Shown: positions 39,001 through 51,169, numbered from the stretch's first letter. The stretch is 64,000 bases of DNA from Azolla caroliniana (GCA_043228905.1 JBHGNT010000013.1:3534001-3598000), one strand, 5' to 3'. The notes: a model not told the origin generated them from the letters alone. Translations and numbers: made by a program.

Positions 39001-39589
39001 GGAGCGGTTACGCAAGATACAAGCGGATTTATCTACTCATCTCCAGCAAGCTCAACAAACACACAAGGTCTACGCGGATCGTCATCGACTTCCATCTAGT
39101 TTTAATATTGGAGATCGGGTGTGGTTGCTACGACGACACATCAAGACTACTCGCCCATGTGAGAAGTTGGATTATCGGCGATTAGGTCCTTTCCGTATTA
39201 TTGGAAAGATTAATGATGTTGCTTTTCGTCTCGATCTACCTCCTCAACTTCGAATACATCCGGTGTTTCATAGTTCTCTCTTCGAACCCTACCACGAGAG
39301 CACCATCCCAGAACGTCTTATCCAACCTCCACCCCCGATCGAGCTTGAAGATGGGCCGGAGTACGAGGTTGCCGCCATTCTTGATTCCAAGATTGTTCGC
39401 AACAAGCTCTACTATCTAGTCGATTGGCTAGGCTATAGTCCCAGCGAACGTACTTGGGAACCGATCGAGAATGTAACCAATGCTCGTGCTCTTCTTGAAG
39501 ACTTCCATCGTCAATATCCACACAAACCGGGTCCTCAATCCAAGACGACTCGTGACACTCGTCGTTTTAAAGGGGGGATAGTGTCATGA
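35978..39589 (+). CDS. Pol of element C (PR-RT-RH-INT-chromodomain), in the -1 frame relative to gag
   Basis: LLDSGA, YLDD, RNase H, INT DRGPQF, and chromodomain YEVAAILD..YLVDWLGY..TWEP. The frame is open from 35978 and overlaps the end of gag. Confidence 0.95.
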   Translation, partial: SVRRRVKRLSPAKIGAVWLDSPRSVQPISGSIPSKQVSDVFVAQVIVSTKSTPPVHVLALLDSGANSCFMDKKFAQAQKISLRKLQCPASVVVIDGRPIASGNILEESEPINIVLDNLVCVVSFNIISIPEHPIVLGLPWFELHNPDIDWRTREIRCRQTQGSTQKMATISLRQLRKEGHKEEMFLFAISVNPSNTTKEESTVQLPEKYRHYTDVFDKVQANTLPHHRPYDCPIDLQPGKEPPWGPIYNLSPTELEVLRAYIEENLENGFIRHSKSPAGAPIFFVKKKDGSLCLVVDYRGLNKVTIRNRYALPLISSLLERINGARFFTKIDLRGAYNLVRIRPGDEWKTAFRTRYGHFEYTVMPFGLTNAPAVFQHMANDIFRDLLDDCLIIYLDDLLVYSKTQEEHDSHVLLVLKRLREHGLYAKLEKCSFGCNQVEFLGYIISSEGISMDPAKVRTVVEWQTPRSVRDVQCFLGFANFYRKFIQDYSKIVLPLTQLTRKGQPFTWSEETDMSFESLKKAFTSAPILAHVDPEKPFIIEADASDFALGSILSQQGNDEKLHPMAFHSRKFDAAEINYEIHDKELLAIVDSFMQWRHFLEGSSHPVTVFSDHKNLAYFQDARVLNRRQARWAHFLTRFDFKITYRPGRHQGKADALSRRSYLAPRPGEPAFDNQKQVILGPARLQATQIFDMPMDSRVIDTIREDLKTDAFAQAILAQIDPSRALCSQSQPPGTDYRQFKYHDGLLFFKELLYVPNGSCRLRVVQNCHDTYTAGHFGSTKTLHLVQRSFWWPCMRQFVEDFVRTCDTCCRAKMPRHHPYGLLEPLSIPSKPWQSIALDFITDLPVSKGFNAILTVVDQYTKMAHFLPCTKEISSEDTAEIVMREVCRHHGLPDSIISDRGPQFVSKFWKHLFNMLKVTCNLSSGYHPQTDGQAERTNQTLEQYLRCFLSYHQDDWADILHFAEFAYNNSIHASTKVTPFYAYTGCHPRWSVLETPEVSTNLCAEDRLERLRKIQADLSTHLQQAQQTHKVYADRHRLPSSFNIGDRVWLLRRHIKTTRPCEKLDYRRLGPFRIIGKINDVAFRLDLPPQLRIHPVFHSSLFEPYHESTIPERLIQPPPPIELEDGPEYEVAAILDSKIVRNKLYYLVDWLGYSPSERTWEPIENVTNARALLEDFHRQYPHKPGPQSKTTRDTRRFKGGIVS
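35993..36045 (+). promoter_or_regulatory. Putative -1 ribosomal frameshift signal
   Basis: G_TTA_AAC, a 6-nt spacer, then the stem GTCCAGCCAAA/TTTGGTTGGAC; conserved in element B (41003-41047, minus). Confidence 0.75.
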
Positions 39590-39711
39590 TATGGCAAGAC
39601 TCGAACCCATGACCTTAGGTTATATGGGTCGAGCTCTTGACCATTAGACCATCTATTGTAATACGTAGGATATTATTTTCATTTACATTTTATTATAGGA
39701 AATTAGTGTAT

Positions 39712-39876
39712 ATTCCAGATTTCTCTGGAACATTCTAGAAGCTTCAGGATTACTCCTGAAAACACTATAAAAGAGGGCACTAGGCATTATGTTGAACCAA
39801 ATTGGTTCAACACCAGTCTTAAGCCTTTTAGCCACCGTTGTATATTCTCTTCATATAATAAATATCTTTCTTATCA

Positions 39877-39917
<41 letters not shown>

Positions 39918-40257
39918 GTCTCGCTCACTTCTTCCTTCTCTCGAAGAAGTTCCACACCTCTCATAGTACTAATCCTTCGTTTAGTACTAATTCCTTCTCT
40001 GTCTCAGTACTGTTCATGACAGATGATGGAGTTGCTACTATTGCGAAGACGAACATGGCCTCGTTCCCCCCTTCCTCCCGCAACTGTCGTAAATTCCAGA
40101 TTTCTCTGGAACATTCTAGAAGCTTCAGGATTACTCCTAAAAACACTATAAAAGAGGGCACTAGGCATTATGTTGAACCAAATTGGTTCAACACCAGTCT
40201 TAAGCCTTTTAGCCACCGTTGTATATTCTCTTCATATAATAAATATCTTTCTTATCA

Positions 40258-40333
<76 letters not shown>

Positions 40334-40509
40334 GTCTCGCTCACTTCTTCCTTCTCTCGAAGAAGTTCCACACCTCTCATAGTACTAATCCTTTGTTTAG
40401 TACTAATTCCTTCTCTGTCTCAGTACTGTTCATGACAGATGATGGAGTTGCTACTATTGCGAAGACGAACATGGCCTCGTTCCCCCCTTCCTCCCGCAAC
40501 TGTCGTAAA
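39712..40509. repeat. Tandem duplication of the 3' part of element C's 3' LTR plus about 70 bp of flank
   Basis: The block ATTCCAGA...CATGACA GATGATGG...CGTAAA occurs twice; (CT)n is longer in the second copy. Confidence 0.9.
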
Positions 40510-41034
40510 GAGATGGGCGATAACTCCGGGGATCTATTAGCACATGTAGGAGAGAGGGATGCGGGATTTGTGCTTTTGTCCCGAGTCTCCTCAATTGTTC
40601 TTTTCATCCAATCAATCTTCGGGTTATGGAGTTCAAACCAGGGGAGACCTAGAACTATTGGGTGGTCCGGACTACGAATAATATTGAAAGAGATTATGCT
40701 TGCCAAATTGCCAAGAACTATCCTAATTGGCTCGGACTCCTCGACTATATCTCCTGATGCTATGGGACGTCCATCGATGACTCCTACGGCTACTGGGTTG
40801 GGAAGCTTATTCAAGAGGATGTTTTGTGACAAGGCAAATTCACGATCCATGAAACAAGAGTTGGCTCCAGAATCTAGAAGGGCAGAGGCTAGGACTCGAT
40901 GACATGTAGATGTGGTAAGCTCGACTTGTGCTGAAAAAACTCGACTCACTGATTTGATGAAATGGAACCACGACTAGGAACTAACTCTACATAGCTAGGA
41001 TGGTCCAGCCAAATGGCTCCTATTTTGGCCGGAC

Positions 41035-42159
41035 TTACTCGTTTAACACATCCTCTAATTGACTCAAGAAATCGAATCTATTCTCATGACATGGACTATG
41101 AGGCTTATTTATGTTATTAGAAGTAACAATAGAACTCGATGTAGGGTTTTCATGGACACTTACTTGGTATACTTGACGCCTAGGTTTATGTGGACAATTT
41201 ACAGCTATATGTCCTGGACCACCACAATACAGGCAAAGGCGATGCGCTCGACGTCGTTGTTTCTCAGCATCTGATAACGGCCCACGACGTTGTGTTGACT
41301 CTATTTCCATCGGAGTTGGGCCATCCCTTGTAATGGGTCTAGAAACTTGTGGAGGCGTTGCGACTACGGAAGCGTAAGTCTGTTCAGGTTGGCGGCGTAA
41401 CATTTGTTGGCGCTCAGAACGTCGCTCAAATAGGCGATTATCACATCGCACAGCTCGACTAATGGCTTCTGTAAGTGACTTCGGATCTTCAGGGAAAGTA
41501 AGAAGAAGATCTTTGACATCATTTCTCAAACCTTGACGGAATTGATCCATTAAAGCTGCCTCATCCCAAGGGATATCGCATGCCAAGAGACGGAAATCGG
41601 CTGCATAAGATGACGTGGGACGATCTCCTTGTCGGAGCCTTCGAATCTTGTTTATCGCTGTCCTAGTGCTGTCGGTGTCTCCGAAACTAGCTTGAAACTC
41701 TTTAACAAAGGCCTCGAAATCCTCCAGCAATGGTGATTTCTTCTCGAGAAGTGGTGCGAACCATGCTAACGCCGTACCGCATAGCAAAGTTCCCACTAAT
41801 CCCACACGAGCAGCATCAGTTGGATACCGATTGGGATGTAGCTGAATAACTAAACGAACTTGATTCAAAAAGCCTCGAAATAAAGATCTTGTACCATCAA
41901 ACTTGGCAGGGAGGCTGATCTTTGGCTCTCTAGGGGAGTTCTGAGCCCCCGACGCTTGCTCTCGTAATGACAATATAGTCGCCTCAAGTTGATGAACCCG
42001 CTGTGATAACTCTTCATATTGTTGAGCTTTTTCGGCGCTCACGTGTTGTAGATCTCCAAGTAGCCTTTGATTCTCATGCTCTAATGCCACAAATTTATTC
42101 GTGAGCATGTCGAGCTCAGAAAGAACACGCATGTATTCTTGTTTGCTCACGGACTCCAT
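41035..42159 (-). CDS. Gag of element B
   Basis: EPKISLPAKFDG and CLYCGGPGHIAVNC; close paralogue of 34854-36005. Confidence 0.9.
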   Translation of the reverse strand: MESVSKQEYMRVLSELDMLTNKFVALEHENQRLLGDLQHVSAEKAQQYEELSQRVHQLEATILSLREQASGAQNSPREPKISLPAKFDGTRSLFRGFLNQVRLVIQLHPNRYPTDAARVGLVGTLLCGTALAWFAPLLEKKSPLLEDFEAFVKEFQASFGDTDSTRTAINKIRRLRQGDRPTSSYAADFRLLACDIPWDEAALMDQFRQGLRNDVKDLLLTFPEDPKSLTEAISRAVRCDNRLFERRSERQQMLRRQPEQTYASVVATPPQVSRPITRDGPTPMEIESTQRRGPLSDAEKQRRRAHRLCLYCGGPGHIAVNCPHKPRRQVYQVSVHENPTSSSIVTSNNINKPHSPCHENRFDFLSQLEDVLNE

Positions 42160-42723
42160 AGCTTATGAGGGGAGAGGAGAAGGAAGAAGAGAACTTGTTA
42201 GGGTTTGTGGAAGACGAAGAGATGAAAGGAAATAAATTTGTTCAAACTGTCAAGACTGAGAGAGAAAAAGAGAGAGAAAAAGAGATAGAGAGATAATTGA
42301 AAGAGAATTATTATATTGAAGCGTAAAATGGATTACAAAGAGTAGGCTACAAAATGGCGTTGAACCAATTTAGGTTTGGGATGGGTGGTAGATCCCTATT
42401 TATAAGTAATAGAGAACTCTCTAGAATATTCTAGGTTATCCTAGAATGTAGAGTAATCTAGAAGATCTCTAGAGTATTCTAGAAGGTTCTAGTGGTATAG
42501 AACACTCTAGAATATTCTAGGTCATTCTAGAATGTAGAGTAATATAGAATATTCCTATGATATTAGATTTCATATTCTAGAGACTATACATATAAGAATA
42601 TTAATACAATGGTTAAGGATTTGACATGTGTACAACAAGGTCGTGGGTTCAAATCCTTTCAAGTCATAATGTGAGTGTCATGATCCTTTCGATGCATGAT
42701 GTGACTGTTATCATGACAGAGCC

Positions 42724-43907
42724 ACGATCAGGCTCCCTTTACAGAACTTCCATGAACCATTTTGGAAGCCACCGCTGTACCCTTCATCGTCTAGCCGTCC
42801 AGCCGATATCAAGTTCAACCTGACATCCGGAACATGACGTACATCCTTCAACATTAACCTGCAGCCTGTAGATGTTAGCAAGCACACAGTTCCTATGCCC
42901 ACAATCTTGCATTCCCCGTCATTTCCCATCTTTACATGACCATAGTCACCCGCTGTGTAGGATGAGAAACATTCTCTTTTGGGAGTTAGGTGAAATGATG
43001 CACCGGAATCCACTACCCATGAGCTCTCAGCACTTGCAAGATTCACACTAGCTTGTTCACATATGAACAACATCTCTTCCTCACTAGTTGCGATGGCTGA
43101 GGTATTTTTATCATCGGAGATTTTTCTAGGTTCGATCTCATCAGCCATGCCTTTGTCCTTCCTAAGGTGTCGACAATTCTTTTGGAAGTGACCAGGCTTC
43201 CCACAATAAAAACATGTAGGTCTTCCTCTAGATTTCGACCTAAACCTATCCCCATTTTCTGGACTTCTATGTTCTCTTCTACCTCTACTAAATTCTTGGG
43301 TCACATTAGCCTCCGATTGAGATAAAGCACTTTTATCCTTTCTTCTTGTCTCTTCATTTAGAATAGTCGTTTTTACTACTTGTAAGGATAAGTTGTCTTC
43401 TTTACATGAAGTGTTGAGTGTTACTATTAGGTTTTCCCAACTATCGAGTAGAGTACATAATAATAGTGTGGCCTGCATACAATCATCTAATGGGAACTTT
43501 GATGATGCTAACTGATTCACTAGTCCCATAAACGCACTAATGTGCTCTACTATACTCTCCCCGTCTACATACTTCAGTCTCACTATCTTCCTCATCAAGA
43601 AGGTCTTATTTAAGGCATTTTTCCTTTCATAGAGAGCGGAAAGCTTATGCCATAGCTCGAAGGCATTTGTGTCACTCGCTACATGTTGTAGGACACTAAT
43701 GTCTACACATTGTCTTATGGTCGCCACTGCCTTCCTATTTAGGATTCTCCACTCCGAATCTATTACCCCCTTTGGTATATCCTTGTTTTCTATAGGCTCA
43801 TACAAGTCTTTTACTATTAGGAGATCTTCCATTTTGATCTTCCAATCTGAATAGTTTTGTGAGTTCAAGACAATCATCCCAGGAAAGCCACTCACACTCC
43901 CTTCCAT
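42724..43907 (-). pseudogene. Copia gag-protease (interrupted)
   Basis: NYSDWKIKM, CFYCGKPGHFQKNC, WVVDSGASFH. Confidence 0.9.
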
Positions 43908-46900
43908 CTAGAACCTATGCTCTAATACTAGTTTGAAAGAGTTTCACTCCGATTCGAAATCAGAAATTGAACTTAGACGCAAACAGGAAATAAGAAAGAA
44001 CACACAATTTACGTGGAAAACCCTGATTTAGGGAAAAACCACGGAACATAAATTTCACTATGAGAAATGACAGAATACAATCACAGAACAATGAAACCTG
44101 ATTTGGTATGAGCATGTACTGAAACCACGATTTCAGTCAAGCTCTTCAAACTCTAGCACGCAGGTGACTATTCCTTCCGAAGCTTCCGAAGCTTCTCTGT
44201 CTTTTTCTCTTTTGCTTCACACTTCTTTTCTTCTTACTTAGCTTCTGAGTACGTATACTCTTACACAGCCACTACTGTGCAGAAAACCAGTCGTTCTCAG
44301 ATTTACCACACACACACAACTCGTTTTTCTCTCAGATATATATATATATATATATCTCACACCCTCACATACGCTATGTAGGTTTTCCCCTTTTCTCACT
44401 ATTTCACTCTTAGTAAGTTATCCCGCATACAGGCGCACTACCAAGCCTGTTAGCATATATATACTAAGTCATTTTTTTTCTTTGAATGTAGAAGACATAT
44501 GTATATGTATATGTGTGTCTATTCGACTGAATACGAATTTGACTCTCTCACCGAATTCGATCAGCTAACCCCCGATTCGGTTCTTCGCAACCGACTATTC
44601 TTTTACTTTCCGAATTTCGACCAAATTCGGTAATTCGGTTTTTCGGCCGATTTCGGTAATTCGACTCCTATCGGCTTTTTGGCCGATTTCGACCAGTCGA
44701 CACTCAAGTCGACTTTTCGGCCGACTCCCCCGCAAGGAGGGACGCCTTTACACAACAGTAAATTCGAGAGTGCTTTCTTTAGACATATGCAAGTGTTGCG
44801 CCAATCCATCTAGCAAACTTGATGACACCATCACCCATAGCTTTGGCTCTACATGACTTTGAACCAAGAATAACTCTATTTCCCCTATCCATCTTGTAAG
44901 TGTTATGGAGTTCCTTTCTCCTGCATATGTACGTGGTTTGATTGGTTTGAATGTACCAAGGGTGTTGCGGCGATCTCCGCCATTGCCTAATTCCATTCTT
45001 TGGATTAGTTCTTCCAATCTTCCTTGTCCGCCTTCCCCGTGCCTTCTTCCTTGCGTTTCCATTGTGTTTACTCATGATCCCTCCTCTTCTCTCAGCCACC
45101 TCTCCCTTACTTGCTCCTCCTCGTGATGCCTTGAGTGATCCGCTTCTTTGATTTCTTGCTCTACTTTGTCTTGTAATGTATCGTTCAGTGAGGTCCCTAC
45201 CCCTTCATTCATCTCACTTAATTTGAAGCCCTTTCTCCTTCTCCTTTCTGCCATGAGTGTGAAATATCCACTTCCACTTTTGCTTCCTCCGTTGTGCAAC
45301 GCAGCCCTATGGATCTTACTACGCTCTGATACCAAGTGTAGAGGTTGAGACACAGAAATTAAAGGAGATAATCTAATTTAGGAAATTACAAAAGTAGTAC
45401 TTATGGAATGGTAATTAAAAGTTATTGCAAATGGGAGCACATTTCCACTTCCCAAAATGGGAGGCCCCCTTTTCTAGGAAGATGAGGTTTATTAAATAGC
45501 CTACCTAGGAATGAGGAATAGGAATCGCTTCATGATTGAAACGATTCCTCTTCGTTTATATTAAGTAAAACGGTTTCTTTATTTTCTACCGTTGTAACAC
45601 TTATAATTTCTTTGAGTACATGAATATATCAACAACCACGATGATAAATGTAATTCACCACTTTGAATAATGATGTTAAAAAAAAGTCTATACCAAATAA
45701 TACAGATGCCAATGATATCAAATAGTTAGCAACACATATTAACGATGCCAAAATGGCATGTTCTTATAATCGTGATTCGTGACATTTAATATGAATATTG
45801 GCGCCTATAGCCACAATCACTTACTAGTGACCTCAAATATCATGATTGCTCAAATATCAAGAGGAAAGCACTAGAACCCGTCGTAATATAATTCAATAGG
45901 GTAAATGTGCGTATTTGTCGATTTAAGACACCCCTCCAAGGTGCACATACCACGAAGTTAAATTCATACTAATGATGACGCCCAAAGTCTTGGTGTTAAA
46001 GGTTTCACGTGAGCACTTTTTTTATAATTTCAAGAAAGTTCTATACAAATCTTTTATGTGCTCTACAACGATGAAATAAAGAAGAAAAGCTAGAGGGAGT
46101 TTGTGCTCGAACATGCTTGAGGGCGAGATAAGATCAAGAGAACATGACAAAATGTGCGAGCATTGGGACCGAGGGAAGTGATCAGTCGGTGAAGATGTGA
46201 TCTAGCGTTGAATGGAGAAAGTGACAATGTGTGAGTGCGGATTAACTAATTTGCTTGTTTTTTACCTTTATCATCTTTGTCGAACCACAAGAGAGACCGG
46301 TTCATAATTAGTTGTGTAGTTGTCATGGGATGGGCGGGCAGGCAAGTGGGCGGACAGAAAGTGGGATGGGAGTGCGGATAGTGGATACAAAAACACACAC
46401 ACTTATGCACACAAACACCTTCTCTTCCATGGACATCCACCCCATCCATCCCATCCATCCAAGATGCACTCCTTTCCTCTTGCTAATCTTCCTTCTAATA
46501 CTACCCTCCCAACACATCCTCACCAAGGCTTCCACAACTCATCATCTTGCTGATTCTCGAATCACCAAGAGCAACAATGGAAGGTGTGGTACCTCTCTCA
46601 TGCTCTATATGTTGGGTTGGACCACCCACCCACCATATGACATGCATGGCCATCATTATCATCACCAAGTGTATATATATGTATGCATATGAATGTGTAT
46701 ATGTATGTGTGCATTCATTCATATGTATGCATCGATGACATCATCTTCATCATCATTAACATGAGAAACAAATGATCACCATGTAGCATGGACATTGTCA
46801 CATCCATCAATCACTTCTTCTTGACATTACAATGCCACCATCTTCTCTCATGATTTCTTTGTTAGGACCATGGCCATGGCCACCTCGGTTGTCGATGTTG

Positions 46901-47563
46901 TGGAGCATCCTGTGTTCTTCGACATGCGGGGCCTCTTAGAGAATGCTACTGCCGAGGCAGAGATTCTGGAGGGCCTCTTTGATCTCCAATACAACAATCA
47001 CAGTGACTTATACTTCCTCTACACAGGTTCTTTTGCTTCCATCTCCTACTTCCAATCTCAAAACCATGTCCTACACCTCATCCTTTAAAATGATATATAC
47101 ATAGTGGTTTTGTGGAGACAAAATGTCCGCCTTGCTATGGATTGGCCGGGCCCTTTCATCCCGAAAATGCCACATGAATTTTTTTGTAACATAACTCCCT
47201 CAATCGCTCGTATCTTGACGGTACTCATCAATGAGACTTTGTGAAACCCCACATCTGAATGATAGTTATTGAGATAGCGTGAAACCGCATTCCCAAATGA
47301 TGGTTATCAAGATTGCATAAAGTCTTGGGTCGGCTCAAGCCTGAATTGAACCATTAAATTGTTTTCTAAACGGTTTGACAGTTTGGCAGTTTAGTACGTT
47401 TCGGTTTAGGCTTCGAACTTCCTTCTTTTTCCTTGAAAGATTTTTTTCAATAGTATTAAAAACATTTGAAGGCTACAACTTGAAGTTATCTTCCCAAAGG
47501 CTTACAACATAGAATAAAGGACATTGTATAGGCTTCAACTTCCTTAACGGGTTTGAGTTTGAT

Positions 47564-47777
47564 TAGGGATGGACCAAGCCGAATAGAACCTATTTGGGCC
47601 AAATCGGTTTGGTTGAATCGGTTCCTAAACTGGTTCAAGCACAACCAATTAGCCTTAACTAGTTTAGGAACCGGTTTGGTTCAAGTTTGGAAACTCCCGA
47701 ACCGGTTAAGGTTTAACTAGTTTGGTTTGGACAAGGCCAAATTGGTTAAGCCGAAACCGAACCATTTCCCATTCCTA
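47564..47777. mobile_element. Possible old hAT-type MITE
   Basis: Ends TAGGGATGG...CCATTCCTA resemble Ac TIRs, with many internal AACCG/CGGTT motifs. No 8-bp TSD visible. Confidence 0.45.
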
Positions 47778-49875
47778 CTTGGCTCCATGTCCAAGCAATA
47801 CATGTCAAGTCTCTATGAAACTAGAGGTTGCTATCTGATGTTAGTTTTCGTTATCGTGTACAAGACAATCTCCACCCCGAATGACTCCCATTGATTTATG
47901 TTTTTATGCTTTTTATCCATGTGGAAACCAATGTTGTAGGGAAGGTGTTGCAAAGCCAAGGAATTTCCTTCACTCATGCTTTAGTCTCTCGTTTCCCATC
48001 TCTGGATGCCCTTCACGCCTACTACGACTATGCTATAATCGACATTGCAACGAAGATGACGTTGTGGCTAGAGGTAATGAAGTCATAAATAACCACACAT
48101 GACCGTTTTCAAAATGTACTTGTGCCAAAATACATCAGTATCATCTCCTTAACACACACATTTGCGTTTAATGTTTGATGTATAATCTTAGAGAGAATAT
48201 TGTGTTGACTATCAAGTGTCACTTGATGAAGACTCGGTCCGTTTGCCCTTTACGGTAATTTTCTCTCCCATTTCTAGTTTGGAGCATAAATGATATAATT
48301 CATTATCTGAAATGTTTCTTGCACCAACATCAAACTCTCACTAGCTCACTAACATATGATGGATCTTGGATGTACTTTTTCGTGTTTTAAATAGATTCCC
48401 ATCTCCACTAATCAATGTAAGTCATATTTTATGGTATAAATGAGTTCCATTCATCATTTTGTGATGACCTTGTGAACTTTTATTTTATCATATATTTTGT
48501 TCAAATCCTATGGCTAAATAGTGTCAGTTGAAGAAACCATCGCTAATGCTTGGTCCAAATTGGTGAGTTCTTTTAATGTTGAATATGATGGCACTCCAAT
48601 ACATATAGTTTCTAGAATATTATCTATAACAAATAGCTATTTGAAAACTCTCGAGTTCGATTTCAATTTTTGCGATGATCCAATAGTTCTCTCCACCTTA
48701 TTGGTTGTTTTTTTGTTGTATATTGATAATCTCCTTAGCTCCCTTAAAGGAAGGATATATGTTTGGTCATTGACTTGCACATTATAGTTTTGAAAGTCTT
48801 CTGGTTTCCTTTCCATGTAATTTGCATGTTGTACCCGATTTGATTTTCTTAACTAAATGAAGGATATTAATTTTCGGCAAAATTGTGTATAAAGTTTTTA
48901 GTCTTTGATGGGAAACCTTAAACGTGTGCTTTACTATCTCTTAGTTAACTTTGTATATGGTGCTCTTGGATAACTATCTCTTATTGTAGGATGGCTTAGC
49001 ATTCCACGTAACCTTTATTAAGGTGAGCTCCAATACTTCCAACATGGTGATCGATGATGTTATGGACTCTTTTCTTGCTTTGAGCAATGAGCTCGACTAT
49101 ATCATCCAACTCACAACAGGTTCATATGTACATACATGTGGCTATTCCATCATGTCTCCAAATTACCTAGAGTGTTATTATCCAATTGATTCTCCTATCA
49201 ATTCTTTTTGTATAGGTGCAAATCTTTATCTTCGAGAAAGTTATAGGACTATGTCACATGCATTTTCAGTATACGTACCTTCCAGTTAAGTAAACACAAA
49301 TTGTACATACACCTCTTCAATACAATATCATGTTAACATGTTGGCATGATCTCATCACATGAATTGATGCATTTTGACACGTGATAATTTGTTTCTAGTT
49401 GATGCGTTGGAGACCCTGCAACAAGAACCATCTTTCATGAGTGTAAGCTTCTTAATATTATGATTTGAATGCAAAAATCACATTTTCAAAGTAAGTAATG
49501 TTGATTCTATGTTATAATGGCAGGTACTTAATGACCAAATTCTTCCAATTGCCGAGTCTTATGCAATGGTCACTTTTAATCCATTTACACCTAAGCAAAT
49601 GATGCATGTGATGTAATATCTACCAAGAGAATTTGGTTGTCGTGAGATCACATAACTTCATGTTTCAACCTTCCAATAATTTATTTTTTGCTATATTGAA
49701 AATATTAAAAGAAAAAGGGCAAAAAGTTATTAGTAGAAGTCAAAAGAAAGCTTGCAATGGTAATGTACAATGTCAAGATGATTAGGTTGAAACGAAAATA
49801 CTTAACCCCACTTGGATCTCAACTTGCAAAATTTTCATCACATTTACTTTCTATATGCGTAGTTCTAAAAATATT

Positions 49876-49975
49876 NNNNNNNNNNNNNNNNNNNNNNNNN
49901 NNNNNNNNNNNNNNNNNNNNNNNNNNNNNNNNNNNNNNNNNNNNNNNNNNNNNNNNNNNNNNNNNNNNNNNNNNN
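49876..49975. other. Assembly gap
   Basis: Run of 100 N. Confidence 1.
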
Positions 49976-50049
49976 ACCATCATCTGAAAGCTATAAGAGA
50001 TATTTTACTCCCATTTCATAAATCACTTCATAATGTAGAGCACCAACAC

Positions 50050-50620
50050 AAATGAGAGGATTTTGCTCTTATTAGTTCATTGTACCTCACATCCAATGTT
50101 ACAAGCTTGTTTTGGAAATCTATGATTAGGCATATACTTGCCTTTTGTCATAAACGTATATACTCTTTGCATAACTTGTACCTCTATTGGTTGAACACCT
50201 GTTTTTAATAGCATGCCACGATAGAATATTGAGAAATTTACCCCAATTATATACCTAAGACCAACTTTTGTATTTCATTCTATGCATTAAGTGAGATAGT
50301 GCCACCCCACAATTCCACTCCATAAAGCAACACTTGGACCACCATGGCATTGAATAAAATCGACCTCAGTTTCCATTCTCAAGTATCCCTTTGGTTGCAT
50401 TGATTCTCAAACATATAATAACTATTCCAACTCGCTTAAAGTCTAACCTTATAACATACATTCCACTTATTTGTTGATGGACATTAATACCAAGATTTTT
50501 GAAGCTTTGCACCATTTTTTATTCATTCTCCCTTATATGTAAAAGTGGGTTAGTATCTTGCGTGTATTCCTTTATTGCCATCATTTTTGTTTTATCCGCA
50601 TCAACATTTAGCGCACAGTT
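50050..50620 (-). mobile_element. Highly degenerate RTE-like LINE fragment
   Basis: The minus strand near 50300-50360 reads ILFNAMVVQVLLYGVELWGG, similar to the other LINE copies. Confidence 0.6.
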
Positions 50621-50975
50621 TTGATAAAAAGTATCCAATACATCAAGTAAGTGTTGCATATCATCCCCATACAAGGATACAAAGAACCATTAGACTAAGC
50701 ATACTAATGTTTGTAGAGCACTCTTGGCTGCTATTGAATGTGAGAGAGAGCAAGTGAAGGATCAAAGAGAAACTCTATTGTAATCTTATCTCTTAACTAT
50801 GTTTCTCTAATTCCATCCACTCTCCCTCAAAACTTTGACATTAAGCATTTGAATTACTGACTAGGTAAGCACACATTTGATACTAAACGAAGTCGGATCA
50901 CAAGCACGCCTCTCCTCCCTTATATTTTAAAACCCAATATTTTCTTTCTTTCTTCCTCTCTCTCTCTCTTTTATC

Positions 50976-51151
50976 GTAATTATTGTTACACTACACTCCA
51001 CTACGTGGTGGGTTTGAAACCCAATTTTACTCACCTCTCTATTATATACTCCATACATATCTCTTAATTCACTAGATGCCATTGTGGAATGTAGGGGTTG
51101 AACCCATGACCTCTTGATCTCCATTGGCAACCTTACCAACTGAGCTACATC
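50976..51151. repeat. Dual tRNA-like repeat unit, copy 1 (left half partly deleted)
   Basis: Homologous to 54638-54840 and 54860-55062; flanked by (CT)n. Confidence 0.8.
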
Positions 51152-51169
51152 TCTCTCTCTCTCTTTTGA

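Larger units (their letters stand above)
34341..40021 (+). mobile_element. Apparently intact Tcn1-like chromovirus 'C'; 440-bp LTRs 34341-34780 and 39582-40021; TSD GATGA
   Basis: The LTRs differ at about one site. Gag and pol are uninterrupted. PPT AAAGGGGGGATAG; GATGA on both flanks. Confidence 0.97.
24852..42718 (-). mobile_element. Tcn1-like chromovirus 'B'; 471-bp LTRs 24852-25322 and 42248-42718; TSD GAGCC; hosts two insertions
   Basis: LTRs appear identical, with GAGCC on both flanks. Gag 41035-42159, PR about 40440-41000, RT-RH-INT 31685-34340, chromodomain 25323-25700. Confidence 0.95.
17300..44757 (-). mobile_element. Ty1/copia element, 824-bp LTRs 17300-18123 and 43934-44757, TSD GTAAA, polyprotein split by two nested insertions
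   Basis: Near-identical LTRs TGAAAG...CAACA, with GTAAA on both flanks. Gag-PR at 42724-43907, INT-RT at 22646-24846, RNase H at 18114-18762. Degenerate Met PBS TAGTATTAGAGC. Confidence 0.95.
13166..45599 (-). mobile_element. Old tRNA-Met-primed chromovirus 'E', the outermost element of the nest; 5' LTR 45337-45599, 3' LTR reduced to about 32 bp (13166-13197)
   Basis: PBS TGGTATCAGAGC (minus strand, 45323-45334). Gag is split by the Copia insertion (44763-45062 and 16600-17299; CFKCGGPHLASEC). PR IDNGATHNF, RT YIDD, RNase H, INT, and chromodomain remnant FLVK*QG..EASW near 13330. TTTCTTTATTTTCTACCGTTGTAACA occurs at both ends. Confidence 0.85.

Noticed and set aside
45600-49875. Host gene or DNA-transposase exons in the low-complexity interval
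   Set aside because: Only short ORFs with no recognisable motifs and no supportable splice structure; a translated homology search would be needed.
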